From: Mantamonas sphyraenae STR306
Taxonomy: Eukaryota; Protista; CRuMs
Reading direction: 5' to 3'
DNA: 64,000 nt
NCBI GenBank assembly: GCA_026936335.1
Contig: JAPMXV010000017.1
Span: forward strand, 186,001-250,000
The notes beneath the pieces are model-generated. The model saw only the letters and a program-made list of their open reading frames with translations. It ran no database searches and was not told the DNA's origin. The stretch's first letter is position 1. Every line of letters starts with the position of its first letter. Below, one piece after another: positions 46,533-58,076 of this stretch. The position numbers and the translations under genes were made by a program.

Positions 46533-49500
46533 TCAAGCAGCTCGAGCAGCAGTACACTGGGCAAGGGCTATTCTGCATATGCAGGCGACACGTTCCGGCA
46601 GCTCCTGTTCTTTGTGACGTCTGCGGTCAACGCGCACAGCTCGGCGAGCACGGCCAAGAGCCTGTCCAACATGCTGCATCGACACCGCACCCACTTTCTC
46701 GAGCCGCTGGCCACGAGCGTAGGTTGAATCCAAGCGGCGGCACGCGGGACACACACATACACACGCGGTGTTGCACGTATTCGAGGCACGGCAACGTGCG
46801 ATGACTGAGAGCGGTGATGATGGGAGGGAGCGAGGTGCTGATCAGCGGCGGAAGCAACGCGCCTGACACGGAGGACGCATACACGCACGCACACGCACGC
46901 ACACACGCACACACGCACACACACCCACGCGAACACAGAGCAAGAATGCAGCCGACCGTACACGGTACGAAGAGGCAGTCAAGAGCGCCACAGCCGCGAG
47001 GCAGGCCGTCGCCAACCAGGTAAGTCAGCAGATGGCGCGCGAAATGCAACGCTACCTGATGGCACACACAGCCATTCAAGGGCCAAACGCATCGCGCAAA
47101 GCACACATACTGACATACGCGCATCTCCACAGGCCATGAAACTGTCGGATGTACTCAGCATCAACGTACAGGAGGCAGACGCGCTGATCAATGCAGCTGC
47201 GAAAAAGGTGAGTGCCCGACACGGGGGACCTGAGTGTCGTGGAACACAACCACTGACTCCAAACGGCGCCTTTAGCACAAAGTAACAGGCTCCAGTGACC
47301 TGGTGGGGCTTGCACGCACGATGTTCTACGACGAGCGCCGCTGCCTGTTGCACGCACTCTTGCAAACGCTGTACGCAGTGCACTGCGATCTGGACCCAGG
47401 CATTGCCTCGGTCATCGACTCGTTTGTAGAGTCGCTTGTGCAGGACTCGTTGCTGGGTGTGCTCGTGCACGCCATCCAGCAACGCGTCGATGCGAAACCA
47501 AACGCGGACGACGCAGTAGCCAGCAACGAGCGCACCGAACTGGTGCTCCTGGCCAACTGTCTGCTGGCACTCGTGTACCAGCAGTTCAACATCACCCACA
47601 CGGAGGTCATGCAGTTGCTTACGCTGCTGCGCAGCACAGCGGACCGAAGCGTCGCTGCGCCGGACGACCACACCCTGTTTGAACTGGCAAGCACTCTGAC
47701 GCTGTGCATGGTCAGTGTCCTCGACCCTGCTGTGGCTGTCAACGAATCGCACCACAGGCGCGTGGCTGCCCTGAACAAGGACCAGACGTGGAAGCGCCAA
47801 GGAAAGGCCAGCAAGAGCTCCGCAGAGGACTTTTTTGAGCAGTTTGAAGAGAACATCACCAACCAGGGCCAGGTGTGGAACACGGGCACCACGCAGCCGT
47901 ACCAGTTCTACGCGGGCAGTCCCAGCAACGGCTTCCAAGGCGTCATCATCATGGCCTGGTCCATCTTTCGCTTCTTCTGCATGCGCCAGGACATGGTCGC
48001 CATGGACGAGGAACAGGAGACCAACGTGCAGATGCAGCTGTCGCAGGCCATCCAGTTCTGGGACTGCTTCCGCTTCCTGCATCAGCGCATCATCCCGCGC
48101 ACCGGTTTCATCCGCGAGATGCAGGACCTCAAGGCGCACGTCCTGGACAATCTCATGACCACGTTCATCATCAACATGCAGGGCCGCTGGCGTGACCTGA
48201 AAAAGATGGAGGAGCAGAGCAGCACCGAGTCGTCCGCCTCGGGCACTGCCGGCTCGGGCCTTGCCCCACGCACAGACTTTCAAGATTTGCTCAGCCTGCT
48301 GTCGGAGCTGTATGGCACGCAGCCGCAGCTGGCTCTCAAGTTTTGGGAGGGCGAGGGACAGCATGCGGCGCTCAACGAGTTTCTCGTGGGTGCGGGCGAC
48401 TATCTCATCGACGCGCAGTTTGTGCCGTATGTGAAGCTGCTGACGTCGTTGAGTGGCGACGAAGTATGTGCCCAGCACACCTACCGCTTCCTGGAGAACC
48501 AGAGCGCTGGCCAATCGCAGTCCCTGTACATCACGTGGAACCACTTTTTCCGCACACTGCAGCAATTCTACCAGGACGTGATGGACAACGATGCCATGTA
48601 CAACCTGGAGTCGATGAACATGGACGCCCTCCTGGCTGTGCTGCGCATCCTGGAAGAGGTGCTCAAACACAGCGCGGCCGTACGCGAGGCCATGTATCAG
48701 AACACAGAGTGGGGCGCCATGCACACACTGTTTGACCTTGTGCACTGTCCGCTGCCTACACACGTCAAAGGCGCCACACTGCGCTGCATCGGCGCATTTG
48801 CTCGCTCGCCACAGATTGCTGCCCAGATCTGGGAGATCCTGGAGGTGTCCAAGATCATGGACAGCGCCAACACGGGCAACAAGGACATCCGAAGCGAGTG
48901 GAAGGAGACAGAGTGTGCCCAAGGCCGCTACCCGACCACGCTGGCCTTTCTGAACCTGGTGCGCGACCTACTCACGTACACCGAGCACCTGCCGTTCAAC
49001 CTGGGCCACAAGACGCGCAAACCGTACGGCTTCAACGCCTACGTGACGTTTGCCAAGGATGTGTTTCTGGCCGACGTCAACTACGAGCAGCAGGGCGAGT
49101 CATTCAAGGTGCGCGCCGCGGCGTTGGGCATCTTTGCCGTCGTGCTGCAACGCTACTCGCCCCTGGATCACGAGCTGCTGGAGCAGCATTTGGACGGCGA
49201 GTATGCGTCGCACCCGGGCATGGAGCTGATGACAGACATCATGAGCGACCGCAGGGACTTTTTCAAGCGCATCTTTGACATTGTCAAGCCCGGTGTGGCT
49301 GCTTGTGTGGACATGCGTGATCAGCTGCAGGCGCAGCAAGACGACTGGACCGACATGGAAAACATGGTGCTGCTCGCCCTCCAGCTTCTGTTTCTCGTGT
49401 TTGCCAAGCAGGACGCTTTCCGCCAGGTGGTGCTGCGATCGGGCTCGGGACGCGACTCGGTGACGCTGACACGCGTGGAGCGACTGCTGCAGCGCCAACC

Positions 49501-52500
49501 ACACATGGTGGAGGTGCTCAAGTTTGTCAGCTACCCTGACAACGACAGCATCTGCCTGGTGGCAGCCAAAATCATGTTCAAGCTGTCGCAGACGCTGCAG
49601 ACGGCGCTGCTGCACAGCATCATCGAAAGTGGCCAGGAGCAGGCGCTGGTGCACGGCTATGTGAACAGACTGCAACGCGACGACAGCTACAGCGGCAGCG
49701 GCAACGCAGAGGCGCAGGACAGGGCTGGCCTAGGAGAAAGTGTGGCGTCGGGCTTCTTGGGCGGAATGGCGCTTGAGCGCACGCACACACAGGCTGCGTC
49801 GGCACAGGCTGCTGCACAACACAACAACGGACGCAGGCGCATCACGTGTGCCACTGTCATCCTGCAAATCCTGCTGGAGAACTTGCAGTTCCCGGCACCC
49901 AACGTGGCCCATCTGCTGCTGGGATTCAACACGTCGGAGCTGGAGCGCACCGACTTTGGCAGCGGTGTGTCTCAGCGCACCTGTCTGCACGAGATCCTGT
50001 CGCTGCTGGACAACACACGCGCGCGCGGAGGCAGCATGGATCCGCAGCTGGTGGAGAGCTGCTACGAGCTCATCTTCCGCCTGTGTACAGACAGACACAC
50101 AAGTGTGGCCACGCTCAAGTTCATGCAGTTCCTGCCCGGCCAGGTCGCACGCACAGCCGGTCTGGCACAAAACTTTTTCAACCGCCAGCTGGCCAGCATT
50201 CAAACACAGCTGAGCAGCATGGGCACGCCCAGCAACCACCAATTGTTTCAGTTTTCGTGGTTGCTCAAGAGCATTGCGGTCAACTGCCACCACGGACAGC
50301 GCGAGCGAAGGCAACTGCAGGATACCATCGAGTTGCTTGTGGGTTCGGCGCGAGGCGGCGGGGCAGACGACACAGCGGGCGACCGCACACTGGGTGGAAG
50401 CGGCACGAACGGATCGTTCCTTGCGTCGTCGTCGTCGTCCTCCTCCTCCTCGTCGATGATGGCACTGGACGAGGGCACACCGCGCAGGCGTTTCCGCAGC
50501 ATGCGGCAGGCATCTGGGTTCCAGCAGTCGCGCACAACCATCCTGGAGTTTCTGGACGTGATTGACGTGGACCTCGGAGAAGTGCCCGTGTTTGAACCGG
50601 TGTTCCCTGTGGATCTGGGCACGTGCAAGGGCCTGGACGAACGAGGCCACGCACGCATCGACATCGACCTGCTGACGGCTCAGCTGCGTGCAAAGCAGCG
50701 GGCCGCAGAGAACGGCCAGAGCATCCCAGGCGTGGTGCAGAACTACGACGAGGACGTGCGCAAGACGCTGGAGCAGGCAGTGCAGGTCAACGAATACCAG
50801 AAGCGATTCAACGCAAAGTCGGAGGCGTTTGAGGGCTGGAGCGAAGTGGTGCAGGTGCTGCTTGTGGACTGTGCCCATTTGATGGGAGCCAAGCTGCTGG
50901 TGGTGTTTGTGCGCGACGTGCTGGATACTCTGCTCCGCAAAATGCGCAGGGAGAGCAACAACAGCTTCGGCACTGCCATGGCCGGTGTGGTGCTCATGCT
51001 GATCACCAAACTGCGGGAGCTTCGCTACCCTGGGGCCGCAGGCACGCTGGCCAAGGTGGACCTGCAACTGAGCGCAGACGAGCTGTCGGGCATGCTGGAA
51101 CATGTGCTGCACGCTGTGTTGAAACCCAACAGCAGCGACATGATGCGCAGCACTCTGTATGCAGCCATGCTGAACTACTTCCAGCTCATCAAGCCGCCCA
51201 CAGAGTACCGCAGCGAAGCCGAGGCGTTGGCTCAGGAGGACATTGTGTTTAGCACCAACGCAACGCTGTCGACTGTGAGTCCGCGTCTGCTGGAAATCCT
51301 GTGCGACGACATCGTGGACGGAGTGCCCAACTACAGGCCGCTTGCGCTGTCGCTGCTGAATACGCTGATGGAGCAGGGAGACCGCACACGCTACCTGGAG
51401 ATCATTGCACAAAAGAATTATGTGGACCTGATGTTGCAGCAGCTGTCGCACATGGAGTACACTCTGCAAAGCCTGATGGTGCCGGGCTCGGACCACAAAC
51501 GCTCGCAGCTGTTTATCTACGAGTCGATGATGTCGTTGCTGAACCGCATTGCCAGCACGCCACATGGCGCACTGAAGCTGACGGAAAGCAAGCCGCGACT
51601 GTTGGACGTGCTGACGGGCTGCCAGTTTATCGACAACCGCCCCAGCGACGTGATTTCGTACGGCGAGGAGCAGTGGCTGCCGGCCATGATGAAGGTGTAC
51701 TACACGCTGCTGCTGCCCATGCTGCGGCTGGTGAGCACGTTGCTGACTTCGCTGGCGCCAAACAACGAAGCCGTGTGCGCAGGCATCATGGACTTTGTCA
51801 ACGAACACGCAGAGCTGATGGTGGCCGTACTGAAGGACAACCAGCGCATCAATGCACAGACGCTGGCACAGCTGGAGCTTGTGACGGGCATCCTGATGCA
51901 ACTGGCCACACGCAACAAGGTGCTCATGAACAACGAAACGGTGCGCGACGGCCCACTGCACCCCAGGTATCGCTCGGCCATGCTGCATCTGCTGAGCAAG
52001 TACCGATCGGACGGATGGGAAGCCAAGGTGGATCCAGAGGTGCTGGAGGCACAGCACGGCGAGTCGAACGTCGCAAGCAGCAGCGCAGCCGCTGGCAAGA
52101 GCCGCACGCGACTGATGCGCAGGGGCGCAGGACAGTCGGCCATGGCGCCGTTGCGTGCCAGTGCCTGGCGTGTGTGCCGCAACGTGCTTGGGTATTGGCG
52201 CTGCGTTCTCGACGGCGGCAACAGTGCAAGCGTGAGCGGAACTACAGCCAACGAGGCCATGGGCCTGGAGGAGGTGTTGGGTCTGCTGGAGCGCAGCACA
52301 ACCAAACTGCGCAGCATCAGCAACACCCTTGTCAAGAAACAGCAGCAGGGGGTGAGTGGCAAGGAGATGCGCGAACAGGTCGCCATGTTTGACTTGCTCG
52401 TGTACGTTCTAGAGGTCGGCCTCGTTGTGGTCAACAAGTGGCCCGACGAAGAACAGCTGCAGGGCAGCAGGCTCAAGACTGCCGCCGATGCCATCGGCCA

Positions 52501-52585
52501 GAGTTTGCACGATGCCCTGATCGACAGCCGTCGTCTGCGCTTCCTTCAGCTGCAGCTCGAGGCAGTGCGGGAGCGAGTGGTTTGA
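46347..52585 (+). CDS. NUP205: Nucleoporin NUP205/Nup192 (three short 5' introns)
   Basis: FYDERRCLL, ETECAQGRYPTTLAFLNL, APNVAHLLLGF and RTCLHEIL; long alpha-solenoid of about 1.9 kaa. Confidence 0.85.
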
Positions 52586-52625
52586 GCGAGGCGTGGCATG
52601 ACATGGAATGGAATGGAAGAGAGGG

Positions 52626-52664
<39 letters not shown>

Positions 52665-53398
52665 GACATAGATACATTGGCAGCGCCTCGTTGCTCAGAT
52701 CGTGTTGAGCGGGATCTTCAGGTAGCGTGTGCCGTTGCTCTCGGGCTCGGGCAGCTCACCACCACGGATGTTGACCTGCAGGGAAGGCAGGATGAGTCCA
52801 GGGTGGGACAGTTGCAGGTCGCGTGTGGTGCGAAACTCCAGAAACTCCTCCTTGGTCGTGCCCTCCTTCACGTGCTTGTTGCTGGCCTTCTCATCGGCCA
52901 CTGTGCTCTCAAACTCAAACGTCTCTCGGTCTCCCGGAGCGTAGTCGTGGCCCACAAACAGACGCGTCTCGTCCTTGAGCGCCAGGATGCGCTGCACACT
53001 CTCCCACAGCGTGTCTGCGCTTCCTCCCGGAAAGTCGCAGCGTGCCGTGCCCATGTCCGGCATAAAGATGGTGTCACCCACAAAGGCACAGTCGCCGTCA
53101 ATGTAGTAGGTGGTGCATGCCGGCGTGTGGCCCGGCGTCTCCATCACGTGCAGGCCGTCCAGCTCGCCCAGCTTCACCACGTCGCCCTCCTTGACCAGCA
53201 CGTCAAACTGGGAACCGTCGGCGGGCACTTCGTCGCCCAGATTGAAGATGGGTTTGAACGTGTCCTGCACCTGCGTGATGTTGTGGTTGCACACCGTCTT
53301 GGCTTCGGGAAAGTGCTCCTTCAGCACTGCCAGAGCCGTCAGGTGGTCGGCATGCACGTGCGAATCGATCAGGTACTTCACATCCAGGTTCTCTTCCT
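52452..53398. repeat. Left arm of a 0.95-kb near-perfect inverted duplication (partner 62533-63491)
   Basis: Reverse complement appears identical apart from (GT)n length. Confidence 0.95.
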
Positions 53399-53573
53399 CT
53401 ACATACGCGACCACCTGCTGGATGTTGTCGTCCGACGTCCTGCCGTCGTTGGAAGAAAACACGAGCACTGCGTCGACAATGGCTGCCTGCCGTGTGGTTG
53501 GACAGGACACAACATGGGTGCCAGTGTTGGTCATTGGCTCACGCACCGTCTTGACGACCGCTCGGCGGAACAT
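52695..53573 (-). CDS. Persulfide dioxygenase (metallo-beta-lactamase fold, ETHE1/SdoA-like), intronless copy
   Basis: SHVHADHLT, TPGHTPAC, FVGDTIFMPDMGTARCDFPGG, LFVGHDY and LILPSLQVNIRGG. Confidence 0.88.
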   Translation of the reverse strand: MFRRAVVKTVREPMTNTGTHVVSCPTTRQAAIVDAVLVFSSNDGRTSDDNIQQVVAYVEEENLDVKYLIDSHVHADHLTALAVLKEHFPEAKTVCNHNITQVQDTFKPIFNLGDEVPADGSQFDVLVKEGDVVKLGELDGLHVMETPGHTPACTTYYIDGDCAFVGDTIFMPDMGTARCDFPGGSADTLWESVQRILALKDETRLFVGHDYAPGDRETFEFESTVADEKASNKHVKEGTTKEEFLEFRTTRDLQLSHPGLILPSLQVNIRGGELPEPESNGTRYLKIPLNTI

Positions 53574-53637
53574 GGACGATCTCGTCGGGATGCCCACGCA
53601 GACGCAACTCGGCCACGTTCGCTTGGACGCACTCGGA

Positions 53638-55373
53638 ATGGAGGAAGCAGCCGCCATGGCCATGTTTGCAGCTGCTTCGACGGCTGCATATGCGGGTTGG
53701 CGCAGGCGGCAGTCGTCCCTCGATGTGGAGGAGACGGAGGAAGTCGATGAGGCGGACTTTGATGATGATCCCACGGTGTCGGCGTCATCCTCGTCCTCAG
53801 ACGGCACCTCTTTGTCGTCCAAACGTGGTTCATTGGATGCAGTGCGCGGTCGCATGTCCATTCCGTCGCCATCCTGTCGTATGCAGGGGCAATGAGGCAG
53901 AACGCTCAGCTGGTGCTGCAGCATCTGCCGTCGCCACCGTCGATCACACTGTCCCTTCCGGGCATGGGGTCGATGACACCAAATCCACTCTTGATTGTAC
54001 ACAGCATGAAGTCGGGCCTGTTTGCGTTGCCGGCAAACATGGCAGCACTGCTGCCGGAACGGATGCGGCCATTTGCGGCCGCGGACGAGAGCGCGCCCAT
54101 GAGCGACAGCGACGTGGACGAGGGCTGCCGCGAGTTGAGCAGTTTGGAAATGCTGCCGCTGGAGGTGCTGATGCATGTGCTGAGCTTCCTGCCACACGTT
54201 GAGCTCGTACGGTCTGTTGCCCAGGTTTCCAAGACCTTTGCCCTGCTGGCATACGACCCAACGCTGTGGCGGCGGGTGCGGCTTGAACAGTTTCACACTC
54301 AGTGTTGTGCAGCCCACGAGGCACAAAGTCACGCCAAAGAGGCCGAGCAGGCCCTGTCCAGCTCCTTGTACAGTAGCACCGCCTCTTTGCTCCGCTACCT
54401 GACAAGTGGAGTGCCGCAGATCCGCTTTGATGACGCCACACTGTATCTGTTGCACGCTCGTCTGATGCACGCCTCCCTTTTGGACTTTTCTGGCTGCGAG
54501 TTTGTCACCGACGACGGGTTGTCGGCAATGGCATACTTGCCACGTCTGAAACACCTCAGCCTGGCCGGGATGGCACATTTGACTGGAGAATGTCTGCGTG
54601 CCCTCCTACTGGCTTCGCATCGCACACTGCAAACTCTGGACTTGAGCAACTGCAACGGAATCACGCCCGTACGGCTGCTGGATGCGCTCCAGGGCGACGG
54701 CGGTGGACCAGCCCTTCGTTTGGAGGCTCTGGATTGCCTCAATGTGAGCGGCGTGTCTCGCATTGACGACGACAGCTTGGCCATCTTGGCAGCGTGCACG
54801 CCGAATCTGCGTACGGTGGACCTGTCTGGCGTCGCGGCGGTGACGCCAGAAGGCCTCTGTGCAGCGGCTGAACACTGGCAACACTTGCAGCAGGTGGACA
54901 TGAGCACCATGGCCAACCTAAATGCAGTCGGTGTGGGCACCCTCCTGGCTGCCAATCCACACATTCACAGCCTCAGCTTGGCTTGCTGCTCCGACGTCGA
55001 CGACGAGTTTCTCTCTGCCTGTGCACCCTACATGTGCACTCTGGCCTCACTGGACGTTTCTATGGACTATTCGGTGACATCTACGGGATTGTTGCAGCTT
55101 TTCCGCCACGCAGACGCGCTGCAATCGCTGGACGTCAGCATGTGCGCGCAGGTCGACGACCTGCTCCTCGCTGGCATCGCCAAACTGGGCTCGATGGAAA
55201 CCCTGCGCCTCTACCGCTGCACGGGTATCACTGGAGAAGGTGTGCGTGCCCTGCTGGAGAGCCATGCTGGGGAGCGCCTGGTCTCGCTGGATTTGTCGCA
55301 CACAGGCCTGGAAACCCAGCTGCTGGAGTGGATTGCCTTGGAACACAGCCACATCGAGCTGCTGGTCAGCTGA
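53638..55373 (+). CDS. F-box/LRR protein (FBXL-like); start uncertain, possible frameshift at about 53890
   Basis: LEMLPLEVLMHVLSFL F-box followed by LxxLDLSxC-type LRRs. Confidence 0.8.
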
Positions 55374-55714
55374 GCACCTGCCCAAGTCGTACTGTATATA
55401 CATATTTGTGAGGATGTTGGACGCGTATCTGTACGTGTGGCGTTGGGTTCACACCGCACGCTCAATGAACGTCGCTTTTGCTCTCTGCGCACAGACTTGG
55501 ATCAGGGCTGCCAACAGCCGCGGTGTCATTCGCAATCCGTCCTAGCCACGAGGGCTTGTACAGCACGTCCACCCGTGTTGCCCTTGCACGCATGCATGCA
55601 ATGCATGCAATCTCACTCGTCCAACGTCAACAACATCTTTCAAGACGCCACCATCATCCTCATCATCATCATTATCATCATCATCATCATTTGTGTGTCA
55701 ACATGGTACTCTGC

Positions 55715-58016
55715 TCACATGCTGAATTGCCTGTCGTCGTCTTGACGCTTGCCGTAGGGGTTAGAGGCAGAGAATCGGCCAGCTTGCTTGTGGTACTTTT
55801 GCTCGCCTGCTCCGCTGCTGCTTGACCCACCACGACGGCGGGACTTTGTGGCGCCAGTGATGTTCAAGTTGACCTTGGGGGGCACGGTGAACCCGAAGCT
55901 CTTGGCCACCTTGAGGAGATCGAGGGCCTGCACGTCAAAGATGTTTTTGTGCGAGTGGCTCGCGTAGGCCTGGAGGTAGGAGCGGTAGCCATCGCGGGCG
56001 CTCTTGTGAAGGTAGTAGTTCTTTGCAATGAGCTTCTCCAACTGCGACTGCACGTTTGCAATCTTCTTCTTGGGAAAGTCGTACTCGTTGAGGTTGGCCT
56101 TGGCCTGGCGCAGGTAGCGCAGGAAACCCAGCTCGGATGGGAGAAGGAAGAGCAACGCCTTGCCCGATGCACCTGCACGTGCTGTACGTCCCACACGGTG
56201 AATGTACTCCTTGGGGTCGTCGGGCGGGTCAAACTGAATGATCCAGTCGACGAGCGGGATGTCCAACCCACGCGCGGCAACGTCGGTGCACAAAAGAATG
56301 CCCTTTTCGGCGTTGCAAAACTCGAAAAAGGTGTTTGTGCGCTTCTGCTGCTTGTGCTTGCCGTGCAGCTCGAGGCAGGGGACGTCGATGTAGTTCAACA
56401 GCTCGGCGTGGAACTTGACCGAGTTGCGCGATGACATAAAAACAATGATCTTGCGGTGTGGGTTCTTCTTGAGAAAGGTAAACAGGAGGAGGAAGCGAGC
56501 GTCTGACTCGCAGACGACGTAGCCCTGCTCCAGCGTGTCCACGGTGGCGTTTTCGCGGTCGTCGTGCACACCCACATACTTGGGCGAGCGCTTGAGACTG
56601 AGCTTGGCCAGATCCTGCACGTTGCGCGTCTGGGTGGCGCTGAACAGCATGGTCTGCCTGTTTTCAGGCAGCAACTTGATGATCTGTGTCATTTCCTCCT
56701 CAAAGCCAATCTCCAGGCATCGGTCGGCTTCATCAATGACCAGTGCCTGCAGGTTCTTGACCAAAAAGCCGCGTGTGTTCTGCAGGTGGTCCAGCAGGCG
56801 ACCCGGAGTGGCCACAAGCAGGTTGACGCCCTTGAGCAGCTTCTGTTCCTCAGATCGGCGGTTGGCTCCGCCCATGACAATGCCAAACGTCTGCGAATGG
56901 TACTGCATGAGCACACTTGCCTCTGCGTAGATCTGAAGCGCCAACTCGCGTGTGGGCGAGATGACAATGACGCCTGTGCCGTTGCGCGGCTTGAATTGCG
57001 TCTTGTGCAGGAGCTCGATGGCCGGGATGAGGAACGACATGGTCTTGCCGCTGCCTGTGCGTGCTGCAGCGAGGATATCGTAGCCTGCCAGCCCCAACGG
57101 GATGCTCTTGGCCTGGATTTCTGTCATTTCGGTGAAGCCCTTGTCGGCGATGCCCTTTCGCGTCGCCTCACTCAGTTCCAGGGACTCAAATGCGGTGTCG
57201 TACTCTATGGAATGACAACGTAGGCGGGGTGGTGGGGCGATTCCGTGTGTGAATGTGTGTCATGAACAGGCGGTGTGCGTGTGTGTGTGTGTGTGTCAGC
57301 TACGGGGCGACGAGCGGAGAAAGAACGACGGCCGGGTCCGGTGTCCGGCCAACGGATTTTCCTCGGCTGGCCCTTTGCATGCATGCAGGAGCCACACGCA
57401 GGGTTCCATGGAAGCATGTGGTCGCGGGGACGTGCATGTGCCCACTGGCTGGTTGCGTCCGAGGGTGTGTGTACGAGGACGGGCTCGGCCAGGGACAACT
57501 TCCGCATTCGCACCTGGAAAACTCACCCTGGACGTCCTCCTCCTCGGCCTTGAGCTGCTTTGCGGCAGAAGCTCCCTTGCTCTTGGTCTTCTTGCTGGAT
57601 GAGGACGACGATTTGTTGGTGTCGTCTTCGTCATCGCTGCTGCTGCTGCTGCTGCTCTTGCTGCTGCTCTTTTTGTGCTTGCGTCGCTTCTTCGACGAGG
57701 CGGATTCGTCAGCCTGTTCCTCCCAGCTAATCGACTGCTCCCCAGCATCCGAGTCGTCGTCGTCTTCATCCTCGTCCACTTGCTTGCCCCTCTTGGCCTC
57801 CTTGCGCTCGTCCTGCTCGCTGCGTGCCTCTTCCATGCTCTGGCGGTCCCGCTTCTTCTGCTTCTTCTTCTTGCTGCTGCTCTTCTTGGCCGATTTCGTC
57901 TCTGAACGCGTCGTCTCCTCCTCCTCAGCCTCCACAACCACCTCTTGCTCCTCCTCCTCGACGTCTTTGGACGACGTACGCTTCTTGCGGCTGCGCTTCT
58001 TGTCGCTCTTGGCCAT
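55715..58016 (-). CDS. DDX18: DEAD-box helicase DDX18/HAS1; intron 57205-57526
   Basis: [46 protein letters not shown] and KNYYLHKSA. Confidence 0.95.
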
Positions 58017-58076
58017 GGTTGGGGTTTTTGGTGGCAGCGCAGGCGTCGCCAAACTCTCGTGCACATCAACCCCGCC

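Noticed and set aside
2330-53895. Recurrent single-base frameshifts (about 2340, 3970, 25160, 38233, 53890) as programmed frameshifting or RNA editing
   Set aside because: No shared slippery or stop context, several fall in homopolymers, and the paralog comparison at 38233 shows a simple 1-nt loss. Assembly indels are the simpler explanation.
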